A stretch of DNA of 62,728 nucleotides from Candidatus Jacksonbacteria bacterium RIFCSPLOWO2_02_FULL_44_20 (lineage in GTDB: Bacteria; Patescibacteriota; Patescibacteriia; UBA9629): the NCBI GenBank assembly GCA_001818155.1, contig MHJU01000012.1:1-62728 (forward strand), read 5' to 3'. Shown one piece after another: positions 37,692 to 47,366 of the stretch. The position numbers were made by a program, and so were the translations under genes. The notes under the pieces are model-generated. The model was not told the DNA's origin. It saw only the letters and a list, made by a program, of their open reading frames with translations, and did not search any database. Every line of letters begins with the position of its first letter. Position 1 is the stretch's first letter.

Positions 37692-40600
37692 CCAAACACA
37701 TCCCCAAAAAATGGAACATCCTCGTTTTAGGCGCGGCAACGATTGCAACGGCCGTCTATTTCATTTATTCAAACAGAGTTCGTTTAATAGACGAGACTGT
37801 GTTCTGGAATTTTAATTCCTGCTCGACAGGCGCAAAAGAATTATTGGCTGATATAAAAAGCGCAAACTATTGTGAAACCCATGGCGAATGCGTTACGCTT
37901 GACGAGTCGGCAGTCCATTGCATAAATTTTGTGAACACAAACGAACGCGCAGTGCTTGAAAATAAAATAGCTTCTCTTGTCGGCAGATGTCCGGGGATGG
38001 ACAAAGCATGCCCGGATTTTGGAGGCGAGCCATATCTTGCCTGCCGTTCCAACAAATGCGAACAAGCAGAAAGAGGCGAGGAGCGAGTTATTGCGCAAAC
38101 AGATGAAAATGAATACCACCTATTGGAGAAAATTTTTATAACAATAACTAATGATTTACTGGTGCCTATTCAAATCGTAGACGATGCAACCGCAGATCCT
38201 GCATTTGTTAGGTTGGAGCAAAAAACAGACGCGTGGCGCGATGTCTATGAAGATATCAAAACACCGCCTTCTTCTCTTTTACTATACAAAGAACTTAAAC
38301 CAAGGGAAAGCTATGCCTATGTGTGGAGTCCATATTTTGCATACGGTCAAAGCCCAATCCTCAAACTTGTTCCGGGGATATATCGTTTCACGTTCTTTTT
38401 AGATGGGGAAAAAAATTTGCGCCTCCAAACAAATGAATTTACGATTACAGACAAAAGAGGCGGATTTCAAATGGAAAATCTTTGTGACAAAGATGCCGAC
38501 TGCGTTTTAAGTTCTACCGATTGTTGCCCCACGTGCAATGCTGACGCAGTTACTATTTGGGAAGCGGAAAGAAGAAAGAATGATCAGTTTTGTGATACAA
38601 AAGATTATAAATGTATTCAACTTCAATGCCCTTACGAACGGACAATAGCGCGATGCCTCACTAATCAATGCGTCAAAACCTATGAGATTACCGGGCAGGT
38701 GATAGAAACCGAAGCCGTTCTTCCTTCAAAAATTAGACTAAAATATGAAGATGGAGATGCAGGCACGCAGAGGACATGCAATGAACTCAATCGCGTTAAA
38801 ATCAAAGAAGCGGTTTTTGGCGGTCCAGAACGAGAATTTGTTTTCAAAAAAGATAATCGCTTTTTTATCAAGGAAGGGAGTTGCTATTCGCTTGAATATC
38901 AAAAAACAGAAGACATATGCGAAGGCGATGTGATTATCGGCTTGCAAGAAAAGCCGTGTGTGGAAGTTTCTCTAGACAAAAGTGAATATCAATGGAATGA
39001 CGAGATTGAAATAAAAGTTGCCAATAATAGCGGCACAACATATTGGTATGATAATTCAGATGGATTGGGGCATAAACTCATATTGCTTACGCTTTATGTA
39101 GATAAATTGCCAATATCGCTTGCATCAGAAGGCAATATCGCGATACCCAAGGAGTTGTTTCCCGGAAGCGCGATACGATTGCCTGTGTTGCAAATTAAGA
39201 AAATTTTACCATCTTTATTATCGGACAAAGAAAGAAACACATTTTTCCTTAAATTTATCTATGCGTTAGATACATGGGATACGCCCGAAATTCCAAGCGC
39301 AATTAACCAATACGCGCGTACAAATGAGTTTACCATTAACCTTGAAGACGCGCCGCGATACTATTCTGACAATGCCTATTGCAAATCAAACAGCGATTGT
39401 CAGCCTGTGCTGTGCAACAAGGGCGGTTTTGGCGTTGAACATAGTTGTTTAAATCAGAATGCCCCACCGTGCTATGACTCGCGCATCATGGAGCCAGTGC
39501 TTGGAGAACCTCGTCCGCCGATTGAGTGCGTGTGCGTCCAAAACAAGTGCGAGGAAAAACAAGTCGTGCCAATTTCAGTTTCAACTGACAAAGATGAATA
39601 TATCAAAGGAGAAAAAGTTACTATATCAATCGCTAATCTCACGAACAAATCCCAACCGATCCATTATCCCTATTACAGCATTACTTTTAATGACCCAGAA
39701 GACGGAAAAACAAGATTGCTTGATCTCGGGGACTGCGAATCCTGTAGCACTCCCTGTTCGCCCTTGCCATCGCTTACGTTGCAGCCAAGGGAGATAAAAA
39801 AATTTACATGGGATCAAAAGTCCTCTTATTGCGATAATGGCGCGCGAAAAACAAAACAAGCGCCAGGTAATTTTTACCACGCCGCCTCATATACTGATTT
39901 TCCCAAAGGAACAGTATATACCGTTGCATCAGACCAATTTTCTGTTGTTTCTAACGTTGTTATTACTCCATCTCGCAATGAATATACACGGGGCGAGGAG
40001 CTGACGTTCACTGTTTCTAATAATTCCGACGAGAATGTGTGGCTTCGTTTTTCTGGCAATCCTTCGTATTTAGATCCAAACGCGGGGTTTCTTGAAATGT
40101 GGGACGCGGAAAGAGAATCTTGGGATATTGCATGGGAGGCGCACATTTTTTCAACCGCAAGCTATGAAGATCAGAAAGTCGCGCCACAGAGAGCGCGGCA
40201 GTATTATCTTCCTCTTTTTACTTTTGATCCGGGCACATACCGGATTGGCATGTATGTCAATTTTACAATTATTCCGGAAACAGTAGCATCAGGAACCGGG
40301 CAATCGCCGCATTCTAAACCTTTTACGATAAAGGAGAAGAAAAGCATCGTGACAGATCATTTCATTATTTTTCATCACGCCGATGATCTGCAAAAAGCGG
40401 CATCCATAGGACAAGAAGCAGAAAATGCGTTTTCTTCAATTATCCAAGATATTCCCGTAGACAAAGAGCGGTACCAAGAAGATTGGAAAGTGAAGCTCTA
40501 CGTGTACCCTGATAAAAGTCTCTATAGCCGGGTAACCATGCGTCCTTCATGGTCAAATGGGTCCGTGAGCTATCGCAAACGAATGCTCCACTTGCCGCAA

Positions 40601-41086
40601 GCGGTGGCAGAGGACTATGCTATCGGGCATGAACTCACGCATCTCATGCATTCGGATTTGTACGGCGGATATTCTTTTTGGAAAAATGTGCCTGAATGGG
40701 TAACCGAGGGGCTTGCGATGTATGAAGAAGAAAAGATTGACGACGTGTATGTGCGAAGCGCATTAGCGCCGTATCTCGCTGTATTTAAAAACGGCGACTA
40801 TTATTCCCTTGAGGAACTAACTGACAAAAGCAGTGTTGAAGGAATTTCAGAAAATGTGCGTTTTTGGTATGCGGAGGGGTGGAGCATTGCCAAATTTTTA
40901 ATCCAGACGCACGGCATGGAAAAATTTTTGGCGTTTGGAAAATATTTAGGCGAGAATATGAATCTTGAAAAAAGCGTGCCCGCGTATCCGCTTAATGAAG
41001 CCTTGCAAGAAGTTTATAATGGCAGTTTTGCGTCCACAGGCGATCTTCTTGAGCAATGGCTAAAACAATTGCCGCTCAAAACATAG
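37688..41086 (+). CDS. Large surface protein: Cys-rich and Ig-like repeats plus zincin (peptidase MA-like) domain
   Basis: N-terminal TM; CxxDxDC-type modules; TDKxEY-type repeats; HELTH and PEWVTEGLA. Confidence 0.8.
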   Translation: MTKHIPKKWNILVLGAATIATAVYFIYSNRVRLIDETVFWNFNSCSTGAKELLADIKSANYCETHGECVTLDESAVHCINFVNTNERAVLENKIASLVGRCPGMDKACPDFGGEPYLACRSNKCEQAERGEERVIAQTDENEYHLLEKIFITITNDLLVPIQIVDDATADPAFVRLEQKTDAWRDVYEDIKTPPSSLLLYKELKPRESYAYVWSPYFAYGQSPILKLVPGIYRFTFFLDGEKNLRLQTNEFTITDKRGGFQMENLCDKDADCVLSSTDCCPTCNADAVTIWEAERRKNDQFCDTKDYKCIQLQCPYERTIARCLTNQCVKTYEITGQVIETEAVLPSKIRLKYEDGDAGTQRTCNELNRVKIKEAVFGGPEREFVFKKDNRFFIKEGSCYSLEYQKTEDICEGDVIIGLQEKPCVEVSLDKSEYQWNDEIEIKVANNSGTTYWYDNSDGLGHKLILLTLYVDKLPISLASEGNIAIPKELFPGSAIRLPVLQIKKILPSLLSDKERNTFFLKFIYALDTWDTPEIPSAINQYARTNEFTINLEDAPRYYSDNAYCKSNSDCQPVLCNKGGFGVEHSCLNQNAPPCYDSRIMEPVLGEPRPPIECVCVQNKCEEKQVVPISVSTDKDEYIKGEKVTISIANLTNKSQPIHYPYYSITFNDPEDGKTRLLDLGDCESCSTPCSPLPSLTLQPREIKKFTWDQKSSYCDNGARKTKQAPGNFYHAASYTDFPKGTVYTVASDQFSVVSNVVITPSRNEYTRGEELTFTVSNNSDENVWLRFSGNPSYLDPNAGFLEMWDAERESWDIAWEAHIFSTASYEDQKVAPQRARQYYLPLFTFDPGTYRIGMYVNFTIIPETVASGTGQSPHSKPFTIKEKKSIVTDHFIIFHHADDLQKAASIGQEAENAFSSIIQDIPVDKERYQEDWKVKLYVYPDKSLYSRVTMRPSWSNGSVSYRKRMLHLPQAVAEDYAIGHELTHLMHSDLYGGYSFWKNVPEWVTEGLAMYEEEKIDDVYVRSALAPYLAVFKNGDYYSLEELTDKSSVEGISENVRFWYAEGWSIAKFLIQTHGMEKFLAFGKYLGENMNLEKSVPAYPLNEALQEVYNGSFASTGDLLEQWLKQLPLKT

Positions 41087-41142
41087 ACGTGAGTGAGTTA
41101 AAATATCTCGCGCAGAATAGGTGTATGATATAATAACGCCGT

Positions 41143-41400
41143 ATGAATTTTGTTCCACCAAAGCTTAATCGTTACTTTTGGGACGCCAACCCTAAAAATT
41201 TCACTCACAAGCACGCGCGGTTGCGGCGTTTAATTGAAGCGTGGTAGAATCATGGTATGGGGGGAAAGAATTTTGCCGGAAAAAAATGTTTACCGTGCGA
41301 AGGGGGAGTGAAGCCGCTTGAAGGCGCGGAAGATAAAGAGCAACTCACTGCCGATTATGGGTTTACCGAGGCAAACGGCCCGCCTGCGTCCAAACCATGA
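41143..41400 (+). pseudogene. Two short 5' gene remnants
   Basis: 41143-41247 MNFVPPKLNRYFWDAN (DUF6922-like start); 41257-41400 ..KKCLPCEGGVKPL (pterin-4a-carbinolamine dehydratase-like N-terminus). Confidence 0.5.
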
Positions 41401-41438
41401 GCACAAGATTACTTAGTTTTATTAAGGTATTAAAAGCT

Positions 41439-41936
41439 ATGAAAAAAACGATATTTCTAATAGGATTTTTGAGTTTACTGTTGGCGCCGTACAAATTTGT
41501 TTTTGCTTGCCGATGCGTTCAGCCGGGTGCGCCAAAAGAAGAACTGCAAACAGCAACGGCGGTGTTTTCGGGCACCGTTGTAGACATAGATAAAAAGAAA
41601 GTATCAGTGGGGCAGGGATTTTTTGAGGATTCTTATACGGCAACTTTTGATGTGGAAATGGCATGGAAAGGAGTGTCCAAAAAGACAATTACCGTCAATG
41701 CCGGCATTCAAGGCGGAATGTGCGGATACCCCTTTGAAGAAAAGGAGAGCTACATAGTTTATGCACATGGCGCGGACGAGAACGGGCTTTTAACAAGCCT
41801 CTGCACAAGGACAAACAAGCTTATATATGCTTATGAGGACTTGAAAGAGTTAGGAGAGGGTCAAGCCGAGCTTGTGCAAAATACTGTACCAGAGCTTCCA
41901 GCCCACATTCAATTTACAAGTGCAACCTGTGGATAA
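41439..41936 (+). CDS. Secreted TIMP/NTR-like protein; 3' end runs into IS30
   Basis: Signal peptide then CRC, AVFSGTVV, WKG, CGYPF, YIVYA, LCTRT. Confidence 0.75.
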   Translation: MKKTIFLIGFLSLLLAPYKFVFACRCVQPGAPKEELQTATAVFSGTVVDIDKKKVSVGQGFFEDSYTATFDVEMAWKGVSKKTITVNAGIQGGMCGYPFEEKESYIVYAHGADENGLLTSLCTRTNKLIYAYEDLKELGEGQAELVQNTVPELPAHIQFTSATCG

Positions 41937-43003
41937 AAATTTTTGATGTTTGAACGTAACGACCTTTGATATAGTTTGTTCATTTCCTCTTTGTACGCCT
42001 CGTTTGGTGTTTGGTATCCCAAGCATTTCATCGGACGATTATTGATCAATCTTTCAACTTGCCTAATTCGCGCGTTGGAGACAGTATCGAGATCAACGCC
42101 GCGGGGCAAGTAGAATCTCACGAGTCCGTTTCTGTTTTCATTGGTTCCTCTCTGCCAAGACGCGTATGTCTTGGCAAAGTAGAATTTCATCCCAATGGCG
42201 GCAGTAACGGTCTCGTGAGCGGCGGCTTCCAATCCGTTGTCGTAGGTCATTGTTCGCCGCGCTTCTGAGGGGAACGCGCGGTAACGGCGGATGGTTGAAC
42301 GCGCTTTTGCCTGTGCAGTCAGATCGCGCGGCCTAAATATCATCACCTTGCGTGTTTTGCGTTCAACGGCGGTGGAGAGCGCTCGGCGGTGCCGATTGTA
42401 TACAATGTTATCGCCCTCCCAATGACCGAATTGTCTCCGTTTTTCCACTAGTACAGGGCGTTTTTCAATATCAATCCGATGAGGGATACGATTGTCCTTC
42501 CAATGTCTTCTTCCGTTCTTTTTCCGCCTAATACGATGAGCGCGGCGTAAATACTGGCGCATGTTCTGTTTCCGGCCTTCAAGGCTGTATATGAACTGGT
42601 AGATACTTTCTTGATTCAAGTATGGTTTGCGTTTTCTCTGTAATCGCCCCGCGATGAGGTCCGGAGACCAACCGCGTTTCAGGAGCCGAATGATTTTTTT
42701 CTTGAGTACTGGTTGTTTGACCACATATCGTATCTTCCGTCCCCTTGCTTTCCGCTTGCCCGCCTTTCGCTCCGCGGTGTCCGGAAGATACTGCTTGAGT
42801 TTAAGATGCTGGTTCCTTCGCAGTTCTCTGCCGATGGTTGATTTGTTTCTGCCGAGTCTTTCGGCAATGTCGCTGTTTGTTATTCCTTTCTGCTTCAGCT
42901 GATAGATTTTTTCACGCTCTTTTTGCCCAAGTTGTTTATATGATTTGTTGTGCATATACTTTGAGTATACTGCTCAAAGTTGCACTTCTAAATTGATTTT
43001 ACC
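41901..43003 (-). mobile_element. IS30-family insertion sequence (outer ends +/- 3 bp)
   Basis: IR cores TCAATTTACAAGTGCAAC (41909-26) and rc TCAATTTAGAAGTGCAAC (42979-96), 17/18 identical. Confidence 0.9.
41909..42955 (-). CDS. IS30-family DDE transposase
   Basis: HTH IAERLGRNKSTIGRELRRN; GHWEGD, TYDNGLE, WQRGTNENRNG, NNRPMKCLGYQTP. Confidence 0.96.
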   Translation of the reverse strand: MHNKSYKQLGQKEREKIYQLKQKGITNSDIAERLGRNKSTIGRELRRNQHLKLKQYLPDTAERKAGKRKARGRKIRYVVKQPVLKKKIIRLLKRGWSPDLIAGRLQRKRKPYLNQESIYQFIYSLEGRKQNMRQYLRRAHRIRRKKNGRRHWKDNRIPHRIDIEKRPVLVEKRRQFGHWEGDNIVYNRHRRALSTAVERKTRKVMIFRPRDLTAQAKARSTIRRYRAFPSEARRTMTYDNGLEAAAHETVTAAIGMKFYFAKTYASWQRGTNENRNGLVRFYLPRGVDLDTVSNARIRQVERLINNRPMKCLGYQTPNEAYKEEMNKLYQRSLRSNIKNFYPQVALVN

Positions 43004-43211
43004 AATTCAATAAATTTTAAAAATTAAAGAATTGTGCCTAATTTTTCTCCGCTATCACTACGAAGAATAAAAAATGTTTTTTTACATCCGATAACAGCGT
43101 GTATCTGGTTCGGTAGATTTGACGCAATTAAATTTCGGGTCTTCTCCCAAACATGTGGGTAAATTAGTGTGGAAATCCCACCTATGACGGCTTATTGCCT
43201 AAACAATTCTT

Positions 43212-43940
43212 ATGCCTAATTCAATATCTCAACCAGTCAATCAAACCAAGCGCACTCATCTAAAGACATGGCAGTGGATAATACCACTCATTCTCCTTGC
43301 CACCTTAGTCGGCGGATATTTTGTGTATCAAAATTATTTTTTGCAAAAAACAACGCGCGAAATACCAGCCTCTGCGCCAGCGGCAAACCAAAGCACAGAA
43401 GCGCCTGAAGCCGTCAAGGAAGACGATTTTTGGAAAGCTATTAGAGACATAGCTTCCATAGTCATCGAATCGCGGGATCAAGCGTGTGAGACATCGGTCG
43501 ATTGCGCTTTTGTCTCTACCTCGTGCGGCGATTGCGGAGGCGATACGGTGAATTTGCTCTACACGGAGAAATATGCGCAACTATTGGATAACGAGTGCCC
43601 CAACCCTCCTGTTTACGCATGCGACTGGGATTATAGGGATAAGTTCAAAATAGATTGCGTGAATTCTCTGTGTGTGTTTGTTCCAAAAAACGGCGATGCG
43701 TCTAAAATCATCACCGCGCAAGGAAACATACAGCCCTTGGAAGGTTCCATTTGGCAGTATGGCACGCATACTTTATTAGATGAAGATGGAGACATTCTCT
43801 ACGCACTATCAAGCGATGCAGTGACTTTAGATGATTACAATAGGAAAAAAGTTGAGGTGCAGGGCTCTCTCAAAGAAGGCTATCCGGTAGACGGCGGCCC
43901 TCCTTATATAGAAGTGGATACGGTAAGAGAAGCGAATTAA
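43212..43940 (+). CDS. Membrane-anchored Cys-rich protein
   Basis: TM then CETSVDC...CGDC...CVNSLC module like those in the 37688 protein. Confidence 0.7.
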   Translation: MPNSISQPVNQTKRTHLKTWQWIIPLILLATLVGGYFVYQNYFLQKTTREIPASAPAANQSTEAPEAVKEDDFWKAIRDIASIVIESRDQACETSVDCAFVSTSCGDCGGDTVNLLYTEKYAQLLDNECPNPPVYACDWDYRDKFKIDCVNSLCVFVPKNGDASKIITAQGNIQPLEGSIWQYGTHTLLDEDGDILYALSSDAVTLDDYNRKKVEVQGSLKEGYPVDGGPPYIEVDTVREAN

Positions 43941-43988
43941 CCGAGCCAATGAATGGACACTTTTTTAAAGAAAAGAACAGTACTATAC

Positions 43989-44774
43989 CTATTGTCTTGA
44001 TTTTGCGAGGGGGAGCCGCACGTAAAACGTCGTCCCATGCCCGAGTTCGCTTTCAAACCATAGTTCTCCCTTGTGCGCCCGGATAATCGGGCGGGCGACG
44101 TATAGCCCAAGCCCAGAACTTGCCGGTTGCATGTTAATAGCGTTTTTACTGCGATAATATTGCAGATAAATTTTTTCCGCATCTATTTTTTTGATTCCGA
44201 TGCCGGTATCAGAAATTGCAATGAGCGCGGTTTCCCCCTCATCGGTAAGAGTAATTTTTATTGATCCATTTTCTGGTGTATATGCAATCGCATTTGATAT
44301 AATATGCCGTATCGCATCTGCAAGCATTTGTTTATCTCCGACAACTGCTGGAAAGTTATTTGTCCCACTGTATAAAATTTCAAGCCCTTTTTCTTTAATG
44401 CGAATTTTGTAATGCTTGAGAATTCCTTGAATAATATTATGACTTGAGACTTTTCGTTTTTTGAGTTTAAGAGCGCGTGGATTGATTTTTAGAACTCCTA
44501 AGAAGTCATCAATTATCTCAATCATATTTTGCGCGGCTTGATACGCGTCGTTTAGCATCTCTTTCGTCTTTTGAGACTGATTGCAGACGGGATCATTTCG
44601 CAGATCTCCTATGGTCCAGACAATAACAGTGAGCGGCGTGCGGAGTTGATGGCGAACTACAGAAAGAAACTGCGCTTCGCGTTTACTCATTTGGTGAAGT
44701 CGGGCGAGCTCTCGCTCCTTTCGTTTTATATCTTTCGCGAGCGTGATATAGGTTGAAGAAGTTGTAGGCAACAT
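43989..44774 (-). CDS. Histidine kinase core (HisKA + HATPase)
   Basis: HQLRTPL, SNAIAY, DTGIG, SGLGL, GTTF; no sensor domain. Confidence 0.92.
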   Translation of the reverse strand: MLPTTSSTYITLAKDIKRKERELARLHQMSKREAQFLSVVRHQLRTPLTVIVWTIGDLRNDPVCNQSQKTKEMLNDAYQAAQNMIEIIDDFLGVLKINPRALKLKKRKVSSHNIIQGILKHYKIRIKEKGLEILYSGTNNFPAVVGDKQMLADAIRHIISNAIAYTPENGSIKITLTDEGETALIAISDTGIGIKKIDAEKIYLQYYRSKNAINMQPASSGLGLYVARPIIRAHKGELWFESELGHGTTFYVRLPLAKSRQ

Positions 44775-44813
44775 AAACGCAAGTATAATCTATTATTGGC
44801 TTTTATGCAAAAT

Positions 44814-44841
44814 AAATCCCCCGCAAGCGCGCGAGGGATTT
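44814..44841. terminator. Hairpin downstream of the 44873 ORF
   Basis: AAATCCC..GGGATTT stem flanked by A/T tracts. Confidence 0.55.
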
Positions 44842-44872
44842 TGTTTGTTAAACGTTTATTTTACTCTACTCT

Positions 44873-45160
44873 CTAAAGTTCTGTTTCAATGTTCAATTCA
44901 TCAGGCAATACGGTATCATCTTCAGCGTTCAGTTCAATATCCAATTCCCGCAACGCAGATTCATCATTGATTGAAGTAGTAGTATCTGGCGTTATTGAAG
45001 GAGGAGGCGTTGTCGGAGCAGTCGTTGCAGGTTGCTCATCTATTGGAGCTATCGCATATTTTTGTTTTCTTACGGCAACAAGAAGAGCGATTATAATGAT
45101 GATAATGACAATACCGATAACAGCATTTTTATTTTTCATTGGTTCTATAAATGTTCTCAT
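44873..45160 (-). CDS. Small single-TM protein with P/T-rich linker
   Basis: Hydrophobic anchor, acidic tail. Confidence 0.65.
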   Translation of the reverse strand: MRTFIEPMKNKNAVIGIVIIIIIIALLVAVRKQKYAIAPIDEQPATTAPTTPPPSITPDTTTSINDESALRELDIELNAEDDTVLPDELNIETEL

Positions 45161-45210
45161 ATACGAAGTATCTGCGTTTTTTGCAAATACTTCTTTAATG
45201 AGACGCGTAA

Positions 45211-45792
45211 TTAGTTGGTTGTTGTTTTTGCTGATTTAAGTAATTGGATTCCTTCTTTCATGCTTTGTCGCGCATCTACAAGCGTTTTATATACTTCGGT
45301 CATTTTGCTCTTAAAATTTTTGGCAACGGCCAAAGGGTCTTCCGCATTTTCAAGTTGATCAAGCATTGTTTTCGCCTCGCTTACAGAAGCGCGCGCAAGA
45401 GCGATTTTTTCTGTTGCCGCTTGTAGGGAAGCAGTCGCCAGGGTTATATCAATTTCCTTCTCTTGCATTTTTTGCGTGAGGTCAGTTGCCTTTATATTTA
45501 ATTTTTCTAGTTTATCAATGCGAATCGTCGCGCGTTCTATAATATTTTGTCCGCGAAGTTTCGCGCGGGTTATGCGCGTCGCCTTTCGGTCCTCATTTTT
45601 AAGATCTCTTGCTTCTTCACGGCCTTGTTGGATTTCTTTTCTATCTTCAGCATTTGGCGCAGTTTGTTGCGCATTAACTCCTCCGACGAATAACATCGCC
45701 ACCATCGCCGCAACGAATGTAAATGTTGCCGCAACGATAAGAATTTTTGTGTATTTCATGATTCTTGAATAATGTCTCAAATATGTAATCAA
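45211..45792 (-). CDS. Secreted coiled-coil protein
   Basis: Signal-like N-terminus, Ala/Lys/Glu-rich helices. Confidence 0.7.
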   Translation of the reverse strand: MITYLRHYSRIMKYTKILIVAATFTFVAAMVAMLFVGGVNAQQTAPNAEDRKEIQQGREEARDLKNEDRKATRITRAKLRGQNIIERATIRIDKLEKLNIKATDLTQKMQEKEIDITLATASLQAATEKIALARASVSEAKTMLDQLENAEDPLAVAKNFKSKMTEVYKTLVDARQSMKEGIQLLKSAKTTTN

Positions 45793-45900
45793 AGATCCTT
45801 AATTTTTGACCACTATACACAAGACCATTAAATTTTTGCTATTATAAGTTATTGGCATAGAACCGTCAAGTATGATATATTTAGATAGAATGATTTTTTT

Positions 45901-47349
45901 ATGATTGTTACTCGTTTCGCTCCATCTCCAACAGGGGAGCCGCACATCGGCAATATAAGAACCGCGCTTTTTGCATGGATGTTTGCAAAAAAGAACGGCG
46001 GCGAATTTTTTGTTCGTATTGAAGACACTGACAAATCAAGAGAAATTCCCGGAGCGGTTCAGGCGATTGTAGAATCGTTAGAATGGCTTGGATTGAACTA
46101 TGATAAGAATTTAATTTTTCAAAGCGAGCGGTTGAAAATTTATAAAAGCTATGCCGACAAACTTGTGAAAAGCGGGTGGGCTTATACCTGTACATGTTCA
46201 GAAGAAAGATTGGCACAATTACGAGAAGAGCAGATCAAAAGAAAAGAGCCGCCGATGTACGACGGTAATTGCAGAAATAAAAATATATTTAGAAATGCCG
46301 GGACAAAGAATTGCGTGGTTCGCCTCAAGATTCCAAAAGACGGCGCAACAGAATTTACCGATATTGTCCGCGGCGCTGTTCGGTTTGAAAATAAACTTAT
46401 TGATGATCAGGTGATTCTGAAGTCCGACGGCTATCCAACATATCATTTGGCAAATGTTGTTGACGATTATGAGATGGTGGTTACTCACGTTATTCGCGGA
46501 GAAGATTGGCTTTCCTCAACACCGAAACATCTGCTGATTTATAAATATCTCGGACTTCAGCCGCCAGTTTTTGCTCATCTTCCCATGATTTTAGGGAAAG
46601 ATAAAAGCAAACTTTCTAAACGCCACGGCGCAATGCCTGTTTTGGAGTATAAGCGCGCAGGTTTTCTCGCTGACGCTTTTTTAAATTATATTGCGCTTTT
46701 GGGCTGGCATCCGGTTGAAAATCCTGACTGCCGAGAGGCAGGTCGCGAAATGTTAAGCCGGAAGGAAATAATAGAGCAATTCTCTTTAGAACGTGTGCAA
46801 AAATCCGGGGCCGTGTTTGATCCGGAAAAATTAACATGGATGAACGGGATGTACATGAGAAAACTTTCCCGCGCCGAACTTTTTGAAATCCTGCAAAGAT
46901 TCGGAGCGCAATATGACGAATCAGCCAAATTTGTATTAGAGAAGATTCCGGAAAAAAATATGGATCGCGCCATCGGGCTTGTGCAGGAGCGCATGCGCAC
47001 CTTAATGGATTTCGCCCCGCTCGCGCGCTTTATTATTGATCTGCCGGAGTATGATGCGGACATGCTTATATATAAGTCCGCCGATCTCACTCTCGCGCGA
47101 CAGGCTCTCACTGCCCTTAAAAAAATTTTGGAGGTCATTCCGGAACAAAATTTTACCAGTGATCGCATAGAAAACGATGTCTCAAGCCTTATTACAGAGG
47201 AAAAACTCTCAATCGGAGCTGTATTTCATCCTCTGCGCATTGCCTTAACTGGACTTAAGGATTCACCAGGTCCGGTTGAAACTGCTACTGCACTAGGGAA
47301 AGCCGAATCGCTTCGCCGAATCACACATGCATTGCAAAAAATTCGCTGA
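45901..47349 (+). CDS. gltX: Glutamate--tRNA ligase
   Basis: RFAPSPTG, HIGN, RIEDTD, KLSKR. Confidence 0.98.
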   Translation: MIVTRFAPSPTGEPHIGNIRTALFAWMFAKKNGGEFFVRIEDTDKSREIPGAVQAIVESLEWLGLNYDKNLIFQSERLKIYKSYADKLVKSGWAYTCTCSEERLAQLREEQIKRKEPPMYDGNCRNKNIFRNAGTKNCVVRLKIPKDGATEFTDIVRGAVRFENKLIDDQVILKSDGYPTYHLANVVDDYEMVVTHVIRGEDWLSSTPKHLLIYKYLGLQPPVFAHLPMILGKDKSKLSKRHGAMPVLEYKRAGFLADAFLNYIALLGWHPVENPDCREAGREMLSRKEIIEQFSLERVQKSGAVFDPEKLTWMNGMYMRKLSRAELFEILQRFGAQYDESAKFVLEKIPEKNMDRAIGLVQERMRTLMDFAPLARFIIDLPEYDADMLIYKSADLTLARQALTALKKILEVIPEQNFTSDRIENDVSSLITEEKLSIGAVFHPLRIALTGLKDSPGPVETATALGKAESLRRITHALQKIR

Positions 47350-47366
47350 TATTTTATACTTTTTTT

